Shown here in pieces: positions 23,282-31,198 of a stretch of 64,000 bases of DNA (its first letter is position 1; each line of letters starts with the position of its first letter). The notes below the pieces were generated by a model. It did no database searches. It was given only the letters and a program-made list of their open reading frames with translations, and was not told the DNA's origin. The position numbers and the translations under genes were made by a program. Source of the stretch: Patescibacteria group bacterium (GTDB lineage: Bacteria > Patescibacteriota > Minisyncoccia > Phycocordibacterales > UBA9973); assembly GCA_038061755.1 (NCBI GenBank), contig JBBTYN010000002.1:79312-143311 (forward strand), given 5' to 3'.

Positions 23282-25465
23282 GTGGATACAAACGAACAGC
23301 ATCTAAAGGGTCTAAATAGTGAACAAAAAAGGGCGGCGCTTCATATGAAGGGACCACTTTTAATTATTGCCGGAGCAGGCGCTGGAAAAACAAAAACAAT
23401 TACGCATCGAATTGTAAATCTGATAAAACAGGGAGTGTCTCCTGATAAAATTTTGGCAGTAACATTCACCAATAAAGCTGCCAAAGAAATGCGAGAGAGA
23501 ATTATCGGTGCAATATCATTATATGATAGTAAAAATGCAGGACAAAAAATAAACAGAGAAGTGGATTTGCTTTCGCGGGGTGTCTCGCAGGCTGACGAGC
23601 CGAGAGGCAGCGCTCCATCAGCAGATGGAGACAGCGACCCCGTGAAAGTAGAATCCATTTCTCTGTCCGAAATACCTTTTGTGTCTACTTTTCACTCTCT
23701 TGGAGTTTATATAATAAAAGAAAATGCCAAACTATTAGGATTAACACGATATTTTACTATTTTAGACGAAGGAGATGCGACAACTCTTATTAAAAATATT
23801 TTAAAAGAGCTCAGCATAGATCCTAAACAATATGATCCAAAAAAAATAAAAAATATCATCTCGCGAGAAAAAGGAAAATTTATGCATTTGGCAGACTATG
23901 CAGAGAGGGAAGAAGGTGGCGCAAGTGCTATAGGGAAAATAGTAGCGCAAGTTTGGAATTTATATGAAAAACAAAAAATGAAAGAAAATTCGCTGGATTT
24001 TGATGATTTACTTTTAAAAGCAACAAAATTACTAAAAGAAAATGAGAAAATCAGAAAAATTTATCAAAACAAATGGGAATATATACACGTGGATGAATAT
24101 CAAGACACAAATGAAGTACAATATCTAATGTCAAAATTACTAACGAGTGCTGAAAGAAATATTTGCGTGGTTGGGGACGCTGACCAGAATATTTATTCTT
24201 GGCGTGGAGCCAATTTAAAAAACATTTTAAGTTTTGAAAAAGATTATCCAAATGCAAAAATAATCTTATTGGAACAAAATTACCGGTCTACAAAAAATAT
24301 TTTGGAGGCGGCAAATGAGGTAATTAAAAAGAATAAATATAGACCAGATAAAAATTTATTTACAAAAAATATAGAAGGTGAAAAAATAGGACTATATGAA
24401 TCCCTAGACGAAACTGACGAAGCTGAATTCGTCGCTACAAAAATTCTAGAAATCACGGACAATTTCGGAAAGGATGTTGTTTTGAAAAGCATTGCGCAGG
24501 CTGACGAGCCGAGCATAGCAAATTTTCAGCAGAAAATTATGTGCGGTTTTCAAAATAATATCCTTTCGGAAATTGCTATCCTTTACCGCGCGAATTTCCA
24601 ATCTCGCGCGCTTGAAGAAGCGATGCTCAGATACAATATCCCTTATCAAGTTTTAGGTATTAAATTTTTTGAAAGAAAAGAAATCAAAGACACTCTCGCA
24701 TATTTACGCGCAGCATTAAATCCTGATAGTTTGTCTGATATAAAAAGAATAATAAATTTCCCTGCCCGAGGTATCGGAAAAGTGACTTTGCTGAAAATTT
24801 TTGCTAATCAAAAAGAAACTTTACCAATAAAAATGCAAATAAAAATTAATAATTTTTATAAAACCTTAGAAGAAATAAAAGAAAAAATTACGAACACAAA
24901 AGTTTCGGAAGTAATAAAATTTGTAATAAAAAAATCTGGAATTGAAACAGAACTTTCTTCTGGCACCGAAGAAGACATAGAAAGATTAGAAAACATCAAA
25001 GAACTTGCCACCCTAGCGCTCAAATATGACAATCTAGAAAATGGAACAGGAGTAGAAAAACTTTTAGAAGACGCCTCTCTTGTCTCAGATCAAGATTCTT
25101 TAATGATAAATGTCTCGACCAAAGTCGGGACCCCGACAGGGGTCGGGGGGGTAAAATTAATGACTGTACATGCATCAAAAGGACTTGAGTTTGAATATGT
25201 TTTTATTACAGGATTAGAAGATGGACTTTTTCCACACCAAAGGCAAAATGAAAGCAAAACAAATGAAGATAGTGAGGAAGAACGAAGGCTTTTCTATGTA
25301 GCGCTTACTCGCGCTCGGAGAAAATTATTTTTATCCTTTGCAAATTTCCGCACCATTTTTGGCTCTCGTAACATAAATACACCATCAGAATTTATCAGCG
25401 ATATTCCTGCAGATTTATTAAAAAAAGAAGGTGAAATTAGCGGAATAAAGACAATTTACCTATAA
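23282..25465 (+). CDS. uvrD: ATP-dependent DNA helicase UvrD/PcrA (carrying three GC-rich in-frame insertions)
   Basis: Motifs GAGAGKTKTITHRI, TFTNKAAKEMRER, TFHS, VDEYQDTN, GDADQNIYSWRGA, QNYRST, LYRANFQSR, GIKFFERKEIKD and VHASKGLEF. Confidence 0.9.
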   Translation: MDTNEQHLKGLNSEQKRAALHMKGPLLIIAGAGAGKTKTITHRIVNLIKQGVSPDKILAVTFTNKAAKEMRERIIGAISLYDSKNAGQKINREVDLLSRGVSQADEPRGSAPSADGDSDPVKVESISLSEIPFVSTFHSLGVYIIKENAKLLGLTRYFTILDEGDATTLIKNILKELSIDPKQYDPKKIKNIISREKGKFMHLADYAEREEGGASAIGKIVAQVWNLYEKQKMKENSLDFDDLLLKATKLLKENEKIRKIYQNKWEYIHVDEYQDTNEVQYLMSKLLTSAERNICVVGDADQNIYSWRGANLKNILSFEKDYPNAKIILLEQNYRSTKNILEAANEVIKKNKYRPDKNLFTKNIEGEKIGLYESLDETDEAEFVATKILEITDNFGKDVVLKSIAQADEPSIANFQQKIMCGFQNNILSEIAILYRANFQSRALEEAMLRYNIPYQVLGIKFFERKEIKDTLAYLRAALNPDSLSDIKRIINFPARGIGKVTLLKIFANQKETLPIKMQIKINNFYKTLEEIKEKITNTKVSEVIKFVIKKSGIETELSSGTEEDIERLENIKELATLALKYDNLENGTGVEKLLEDASLVSDQDSLMINVSTKVGTPTGVGGVKLMTVHASKGLEFEYVFITGLEDGLFPHQRQNESKTNEDSEEERRLFYVALTRARRKLFLSFANFRTIFGSRNINTPSEFISDIPADLLKKEGEISGIKTIYL
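23574..23644. repeat. GC-rich palindromic insertion inside the uvrD CDS, sharing the 19-bp core CGCAGGCTGACGAGCCGAG with the 92-bp element
   Basis: cgcggggtgtctcGCAGGCTGACGAGCCGAGaggcagcgctccatcagcagatggagacagcgaccccgtg has terminal inverted repeats CGCGGGGTGTCTC / GAGACAGCGACCCCGTG. It encodes an extra ...SRGVSQADEPRGSAPSADGDSDPV... segment before the TFHS motif. Confidence 0.55.
24473..24564. repeat. 92-bp MITE-like palindromic element inserted in frame in uvrD (copy A); identical to copy B in ksgA
   Basis: gatgttgttttgaaaagcattgcgcaggctgacgagccgagcatagcaaattttcagcagaaaattatgtgcggttttcaaaataatatcct has TIRs AGGATGTTGTTTTGAAAAGC... / ...GGTTTTCAAAATAATATCCT and is flanked by the direct repeat TTCGGAAA. 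It encodes VVLKSIAQADEPSIANFQQKIMCGFQNNIL. Confidence 0.7.
25112..25150. repeat. GC-rich palindromic patch inside uvrD (ACCCCGAC...GTCGGGG)
   Basis: gtctcgaccaaagtcgggaccccgacaggggtcggggggg encodes STKVGTPTGVGG just before the conserved LMTVHASKGLEF motif. GC content is far above the local background. Confidence 0.4.
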
Positions 25466-25474
25466 TTAAGAAAA

Positions 25475-27016
25475 ATGAATATTTTTAACAAGCAAACATT
25501 ATATATATTAAGTTCATTCCTTGCTGGTTTTTCTGTAATGACCATAGAACTTATTTCAGGAAGAATAGTAGCTCCAATAATAGGGTCTTCGGTTTTTACT
25601 TGGACATCTGTAATAGGAATAACTTTATTAGGACTCTCCATCGGTAGTTATGTTGGTGGCCAAATTGCAGATAAAACTGAAGGAAATAAATCACTTCCTC
25701 TAGTGTTCCTTTTATCATCAATCTTAGTTTCATTAATTCCAGTATTGGCAGCAAATACAAATTTTATTACAGATTCTTCCGATTCAATCTTGAAATTAAA
25801 TTTATATCTATCAATTTATTTATTCTTACTTCCAACATTGGCAATAGGACTTATTCAACCAATAATTCTTAAAAAATTTGCTAATGATTTTTCAAAAATT
25901 GGCAGTGAATATGGCATATTATCGTTTGCCTGGTCATCTGGTGGCATATTCGGTGTATTTTTAACAGGATTTTTTTTCATATCAAATATTGGAAGCATGG
26001 AAACAATTTGGTTAATGTCTCTAATTCTATTCTTAGTAGGAGGAATTTTGGCAATAAAAGATAAAAAAATAATTTTACTTTTCATAATAACAATGCTTGT
26101 TGTGCCAAATTTTCTTTATTTTACACAACAAAAAATACTAAATCCAAAAATAATATTTCAAAAAGAAACTGATTACTATAATGCTAGAGTTATTGATGCA
26201 TATCTTCCCGGATATGGAGATTCCCGAATACTCAATTTAGATTTTGATTTTCATAGTATAGAAACCAAAAAAGTGGTTGAGTATTACCCAGAGATATATC
26301 CAATTTTTGCTAATTTAAAAACAAATATAAAAAATATTTTAGTAATAGGTGCTGGGGCATATACTCTACCAAAACATTTTAAAAATTATTATAAAGATGC
26401 AGATGTTTCTGTCGTTGAGCTAGATCCAGAAATAATTAATATAGGTAACGATTTTTTTGATCTTAAAAAATATAATATAAAAACAATAGTTGGAGACGCA
26501 AAAATTGTAATAAATAAAAATAAAGAAAAATATGATGTAATTTTTGGTGATGCTTATAATTCTTTTATATCTGTGCCTTGGTATCTCTTAACAGAAGAAT
26601 GGAACAACGAGATTAAAGAAAAATTAAATGAAAATGGAATTTATGCTATAAATTTTATAGGCTCGTTGTCTGGATCAAAATCAGAATTCACAAATAGTGT
26701 ATTGAGCACATTTAAAATAAGTTTCCCCAATTTTTATATTTTTGCATTTGGAAAAAATCCTGAATATACACAAAGCATAACATTGGTAGGTGTTAATGGA
26801 AGACTCCCAATAAGCGAAGGAGAGCTTTCCAAAAAATTATTGATAGGAGAAAATAGTTTTTTAGCAAATAAAATTATTCCTGTTATGTATTTTAAAGATT
26901 CAACTTCAATAATTTTAACAGATAATTTTTCACCAGTAGAAAAATTGATGGAATCAACAATAAAAAGTTATTTCCCAAAAAATTTATTCGAGTTTAAGAG
27001 TATTTTGTCAATATGA
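25475..27016 (+). CDS. Polytopic membrane protein fused to a spermidine-synthase-like (aminopropyltransferase-fold) domain
   Basis: About 7 N-terminal TM helices, then ILVIGAGAYTLPKHF...VSVVELDPEII...YDVIFGDAY (SAM-dependent spermidine-synthase-like motifs). Confidence 0.7.
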   Translation: MNIFNKQTLYILSSFLAGFSVMTIELISGRIVAPIIGSSVFTWTSVIGITLLGLSIGSYVGGQIADKTEGNKSLPLVFLLSSILVSLIPVLAANTNFITDSSDSILKLNLYLSIYLFLLPTLAIGLIQPIILKKFANDFSKIGSEYGILSFAWSSGGIFGVFLTGFFFISNIGSMETIWLMSLILFLVGGILAIKDKKIILLFIITMLVVPNFLYFTQQKILNPKIIFQKETDYYNARVIDAYLPGYGDSRILNLDFDFHSIETKKVVEYYPEIYPIFANLKTNIKNILVIGAGAYTLPKHFKNYYKDADVSVVELDPEIINIGNDFFDLKKYNIKTIVGDAKIVINKNKEKYDVIFGDAYNSFISVPWYLLTEEWNNEIKEKLNENGIYAINFIGSLSGSKSEFTNSVLSTFKISFPNFYIFAFGKNPEYTQSITLVGVNGRLPISEGELSKKLLIGENSFLANKIIPVMYFKDSTSIILTDNFSPVEKLMESTIKSYFPKNLFEFKSILSI

Positions 27017-27897
27017 AGGCAAAAAAATCTCTCGGACAAAATTTCTTAAAGTCAGAAATAGCTCTTCGTAAAATTATTGAAGCGGGAGAAATAAAATCTA
27101 CTGATGTAATTTTAGAAATAGGGCCAGGCAAGGGAGCGTTAACCTCTAAGCTTCTAGAAAAATCTGGAATAGTTATCGCTGTTGAAAAAGATCGTGAACT
27201 TTTTGAATTTTTAAAAATAAAATTTGCAGAAGCAATTACAGAAAAAAAATTAATTTTAATAAATGATGATATTCTAAAATTTATAGAGGATGTTGTTTTG
27301 AAAAGCATTGCGCAGGCTGACGAGCCGAGCATAGCAAATTTTCAGCAGAAAATTATGTGCGGTTTTCAAAATAATATCCTCAATAAATTTAACTACAAAA
27401 TCATTGCCAATATTCCTTACAACATTACCGGCGCAATTTTAAAAAAGTTTTTAACAGCAGAAAATCAACCCGAAAGTATGATATTAATGGTTCAGCATGA
27501 AGTAGCCAAAAGAATCATAGGAAGGGGAAGCAACCCTTCGACTCCGCTCAGGGTAAAGGAAAGTATTCTCTCTATTTCAGTCAAGGCTTACGGGGAGGCA
27601 AAGATGATAATGAAGGTTGATAAAAGATATTTCTCACCAAGTCCTAAAGTTGATTCGGCTATTATCGCCATAAAAAATATTTCTAGGAAGAATTTTGAAG
27701 GTGTCAAACACCCGATGTTTGACAATTTTGAAGAGAAATTCTGGGAAATAGTAAAAACTGGCTTTGCACATAAGAGAAAAAAGCTTTCTTCAAACTTAAA
27801 AGTTTTAAAATTAGAAAAAACCGACCTCCTAGAAAAGTTGGGAAACAAAAGAGCGGAAGATTTAACTCTTTCGGACTGGCTTGCATTAACTAAATAG
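27013..27897 (+). CDS. ksgA: 16S rRNA (adenine1518/1519-N6)-dimethyltransferase KsgA/RsmA (carrying an in-frame 92-bp element)
   Basis: LGQNFL, EIGPGKGALT, NIPYNITGAIL and F.P.PKVDSAII motifs. There is an extra 30-aa block between DILKFIE and NKFNYKIIANIPYN. Confidence 0.85.
   Translation: MKAKKSLGQNFLKSEIALRKIIEAGEIKSTDVILEIGPGKGALTSKLLEKSGIVIAVEKDRELFEFLKIKFAEAITEKKLILINDDILKFIEDVVLKSIAQADEPSIANFQQKIMCGFQNNILNKFNYKIIANIPYNITGAILKKFLTAENQPESMILMVQHEVAKRIIGRGSNPSTPLRVKESILSISVKAYGEAKMIMKVDKRYFSPSPKVDSAIIAIKNISRKNFEGVKHPMFDNFEEKFWEIVKTGFAHKRKKLSSNLKVLKLEKTDLLEKLGNKRAEDLTLSDWLALTK
27289..27380. repeat. 92-bp MITE-like palindromic element inserted in frame in ksgA (copy B)
   Basis: Identical over 92 bp to 24473-24564. 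The terminal inverted repeats extend to GAGGAT...ATCCTC. The reverse-frame ORFs 24280..24516 and 26994..27332 both start MLGSSACAMLFKTT because of this repeat. Confidence 0.7.
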
Positions 27898-27959
27898 TTT
27901 ATAATTAACCCATAATTAAAAATATTTGGAAAAAACACAAAAGGATAATTTTTATCGTC

Positions 27960-28874
27960 TTGGCGGTGCTTTTTTTGGTTGTACTTTTTCTTTTTAAAAA
28001 AACATCTATATTTCAAAATACGGAAACATTTAAACAAGAAACGGCTCCAAACAATGGACTAACTGTGGACAACACTGACTTAACCATAGAAGATTTAGTG
28101 GACAAAGACACTGATGGAGACGGAATACCAGATTGGCAAGAAAGTTTATATGGACTTGATCCTACAAAAAAAGAAACAACTCCTGGAACACCTGACAGCT
28201 CAGCCTTAAGCAAATTAAGAACTACACAAGAAAATACTGGAAAAACAACAATTCAAGGCGGAGGCAACGCCTCCGCCACAAATACAGAAACTTTAACCCA
28301 AACTGAGAAATTTTCCAGAGAACTTTTTGCTATTGTAGTTGCCTCCAGCCAAAATGGGGCTATGGATCAAGCTACCATAGATGCGCTAAGCGCTTCCTTA
28401 GCAGAAAAAATGCAAAATCCTAATCCTAGAAAAATATATACAATTTCTGATATTAAAATCATAAATGATGATAATTTTAAAGCTTTTATGAATTATATAA
28501 ATGCTTCAGATAGCATTCATAAAAAAAGTCCAACAATAAAATATACTGCATTTGATGTGCTACAAGAATTTTCAAAAGATGAAAACAATCCAGACACTAG
28601 CGTGCTAGTAAAACTTGACCCAATCATAACACAAACAAATGCCATAAAAGACGCAATGATAAAAACAAATGTGCCAAAATCTCTATCAACCCTGCATCTA
28701 AATGTTATAAATTCACTCGAAAGGTTATCAGAAAACTTAAATGATATCAAGCTCTTTGACACTGATCCTGTCGTATCTCTTGGTGGCATTAGTCAATATA
28801 GTCAAAACACAAATACATTGTTATCAGATATTGCCAATCTTCAAAATATAATTCAACAAAAATTGAACAACTAG
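27960..28874 (+). CDS. Hypothetical membrane-anchored/secreted protein with a DTDGDGIPDWQE calcium-binding-like motif
   Basis: N-terminal TM segment, a DxDxDG motif and a T/S/N-rich low-complexity region. Confidence 0.5.
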   Translation: MAVLFLVVLFLFKKTSIFQNTETFKQETAPNNGLTVDNTDLTIEDLVDKDTDGDGIPDWQESLYGLDPTKKETTPGTPDSSALSKLRTTQENTGKTTIQGGGNASATNTETLTQTEKFSRELFAIVVASSQNGAMDQATIDALSASLAEKMQNPNPRKIYTISDIKIINDDNFKAFMNYINASDSIHKKSPTIKYTAFDVLQEFSKDENNPDTSVLVKLDPIITQTNAIKDAMIKTNVPKSLSTLHLNVINSLERLSENLNDIKLFDTDPVVSLGGISQYSQNTNTLLSDIANLQNIIQQKLNN

Positions 28875-28903
28875 GTAAAAAATTATATAATATAAATAAT
28901 AAA

Positions 28904-31162
28904 ATGACTGGTAAAAATAAAATAATAAAATTCATCTCTGTTATTCTAATTATTTCAATAATAATGCCTGTTGTTTTATTTTCTAGTCCCCAAAAAGCGC
29001 GAGCAACTGTACCGACTGCAGAGGTAGGCGCATTCGGATGGATTTCTAAATATTTTCAAGAATCAACCGCAGCATCTTCTTGGACAACAGCTTTAACAAC
29101 TGTTAAAGATTGGGCGGCCAAGATAGCTAAAGAGGTAATGAAAGCAATCGCAAAAAAAATCTTAGCGAAAATGACTCAAGCTACCATAAATTGGATTAAT
29201 TCTGATTTTCATGGACAGCCGCTTTTTTTAACGCATCCTGACTCTTTCTTTAGAGACATAGCAAAATCAGGACTAAAAGATATGGTAAATATATTCGGCT
29301 ATAACAACCTCCTATATCCTTTTGGTAGGCAATTTGCTTTAAATGCAATAAATAGTTACAAAAGCAAACTCGCTCAAAATGCCGAATATAGTTTAGGTAA
29401 AGTCTTGGATGGAGCGCAACTTAGGCTGTATCTAGGTAATTTTAATTATGGTGGATGGAATGGATTTTTAAATAATACGCAATACCCTCAAAATAATTAT
29501 CTAGGATTTAATATGATAGCAACCGAAGAGCTTGCCAGAAGAATTAAGGGTACAGTTCAATCTGCTGCTGATAAAGTACAATCCACTCTCCAGCAAGGAA
29601 TGGGTTTCCTCTCTCCAGAAAAATGTACAACTAACCCTAAATACAATAATGGAACAAATGAATTCCAAAAACCAAGTCTTGATACGGCTAAATGGGAGGC
29701 TGATTACAAAAACAGCCATCCTATTCCTTCTGGTCCTTCTGGTTCCAGTATGGATGCTATGGACAAATGGGATACAGATTTTAAAGCTGCTGAAGAAAAG
29801 GCTATAGATGATTTCTATACTAATAATACTTGCCCAAAAAAAGCAGACGGAACAAGTGGTTTTGAAAAAACTACTCCAGGCTTTGTGGCAGCTACCCAAG
29901 TAACAAATGCGCTTAATATGCCAGGCTTGACGACCGCGCTTGATGGAGCATTAGGCAATAGCTTAGCTGCTATTTTTGACGCCCTTTTAAATCACTTTTT
30001 AGACAAAGGCTTAAATGCGATGGCAAATAAAATTAACCCCGCACCCTCAATAGACAACTGGAGTTATAGTGGCAATACATTAACTGGAGGCACTGCTACA
30101 ACAACTGCTACAACAGTTGAAACTTTAAATATCCCACAAAACGTTTCAGTTACTGTCGGACAAACAACCAGCACCACAATCTCAGGCGGTTCAGGGACTT
30201 ATAGTATTCAACCTCAATCAAACGCGTCGCTGACAATAGCGATTGCCACGGTTGATATTTCTGGCTCTCTTCCAAAACTCAAAGTTACTGGTGTCGCGAA
30301 GGGTACAACCTCAGTCATAGCGCAAGATTCGTCTAGCCCAATACAAACTATAACGGTTACCATCACCGTAAGTAATATGGGGGATATAGTGGTTACTCCA
30401 GCAAATATTTCAACCGATGTTGGCGCGCAAGTCACCGCCACTATGTCTGGTGGCACAGAACCTTATTCTATTCAGACGAGCCCCAATGAAACAAATGCGA
30501 TAGCAACGTTTTCTGGCAATAACTTAATCGTATTTGGTATGGCAAATGGTACTACTTTTGTTGATATAAAAGATTCTTCAGCGCCAGCAAAAACTGTTCG
30601 CGTCAAGATATTAGTTGGTCCTAATATTTTAATCGTCGATCCATCAAGTGTTTCAGTTTATACTGGTGAAGTAGTTAGTGTGCCAATCTCAAATGGCACA
30701 GCACCGTATTTCGTCACAAATCAACAAAATATTAATGTGGCAACTGGTGAAATTTTATCCGCTACTCCTAATATCCTCACTGTTACCGGTCGCGCAGAAG
30801 GGACAAGCGTGGTGACAATCACAGATTCATCAACTCCAGCAAAAACAACTATCGTCAAAATTACGGTTTCTCTTAACTTAACCATTACACCGTCAAATGT
30901 TACACTTTATCTTAATAGTTGTTTTCTTGGTAGGTGTAGTAATACAGCCAACCTTACCATCTCAAATGGCACAGCGCCGTATTTCGTCACAAATCAACAA
31001 GACCCCACAGTGGCAACTGCTCAGGTTCTGTCAGCTTCTTATGGTGATTCAATTCTCACTGTTACTGGCCTCAAGGCAGGAACAAGCGTAGTTACTGTAG
31101 AAGATTCATCAGCTGAAGCAATCAAGCATGCCACCGTAAATATTACAGTAGTTAATAATTAG
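28904..31162 (+). CDS. Large cell-surface protein with four or five tandem Ig-like (Big-like) repeats
   Basis: N-terminal TM/signal segment. The C-terminal half has repeating roughly 90-aa units (ISGGSGTYSIQP..., MSGGTEPYSIQT..., ISNGTAPYFVTNQQ... twice) ending ...TVTG.AEGTSVVT..DSS.PAKT..V.I.V. Confidence 0.6.
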   Translation: MTGKNKIIKFISVILIISIIMPVVLFSSPQKARATVPTAEVGAFGWISKYFQESTAASSWTTALTTVKDWAAKIAKEVMKAIAKKILAKMTQATINWINSDFHGQPLFLTHPDSFFRDIAKSGLKDMVNIFGYNNLLYPFGRQFALNAINSYKSKLAQNAEYSLGKVLDGAQLRLYLGNFNYGGWNGFLNNTQYPQNNYLGFNMIATEELARRIKGTVQSAADKVQSTLQQGMGFLSPEKCTTNPKYNNGTNEFQKPSLDTAKWEADYKNSHPIPSGPSGSSMDAMDKWDTDFKAAEEKAIDDFYTNNTCPKKADGTSGFEKTTPGFVAATQVTNALNMPGLTTALDGALGNSLAAIFDALLNHFLDKGLNAMANKINPAPSIDNWSYSGNTLTGGTATTTATTVETLNIPQNVSVTVGQTTSTTISGGSGTYSIQPQSNASLTIAIATVDISGSLPKLKVTGVAKGTTSVIAQDSSSPIQTITVTITVSNMGDIVVTPANISTDVGAQVTATMSGGTEPYSIQTSPNETNAIATFSGNNLIVFGMANGTTFVDIKDSSAPAKTVRVKILVGPNILIVDPSSVSVYTGEVVSVPISNGTAPYFVTNQQNINVATGEILSATPNILTVTGRAEGTSVVTITDSSTPAKTTIVKITVSLNLTITPSNVTLYLNSCFLGRCSNTANLTISNGTAPYFVTNQQDPTVATAQVLSASYGDSILTVTGLKAGTSVVTVEDSSAEAIKHATVNITVVNN

Positions 31163-31198
31163 GTCATTCCGTAAGAAATATGCCATTTGAAATAATAA

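Noticed and set aside
23586-23604. Hammerhead-ribozyme-like CUGACGAG box in the repeat core.
   Set aside because: Only the CUGANGA box is present. No convincing stem II / GAAA / stem III arrangement was found by eye. It is kept only as a note to test with a covariance model.
24280-24516. Two minus-strand ORFs (24280..24516 and 26994..27332) both starting MLGSSACAMLFKTT.
   Set aside because: The shared N-terminus is simply the reverse translation of the 92-bp repeated element inside uvrD and ksgA. It is not a gene family.
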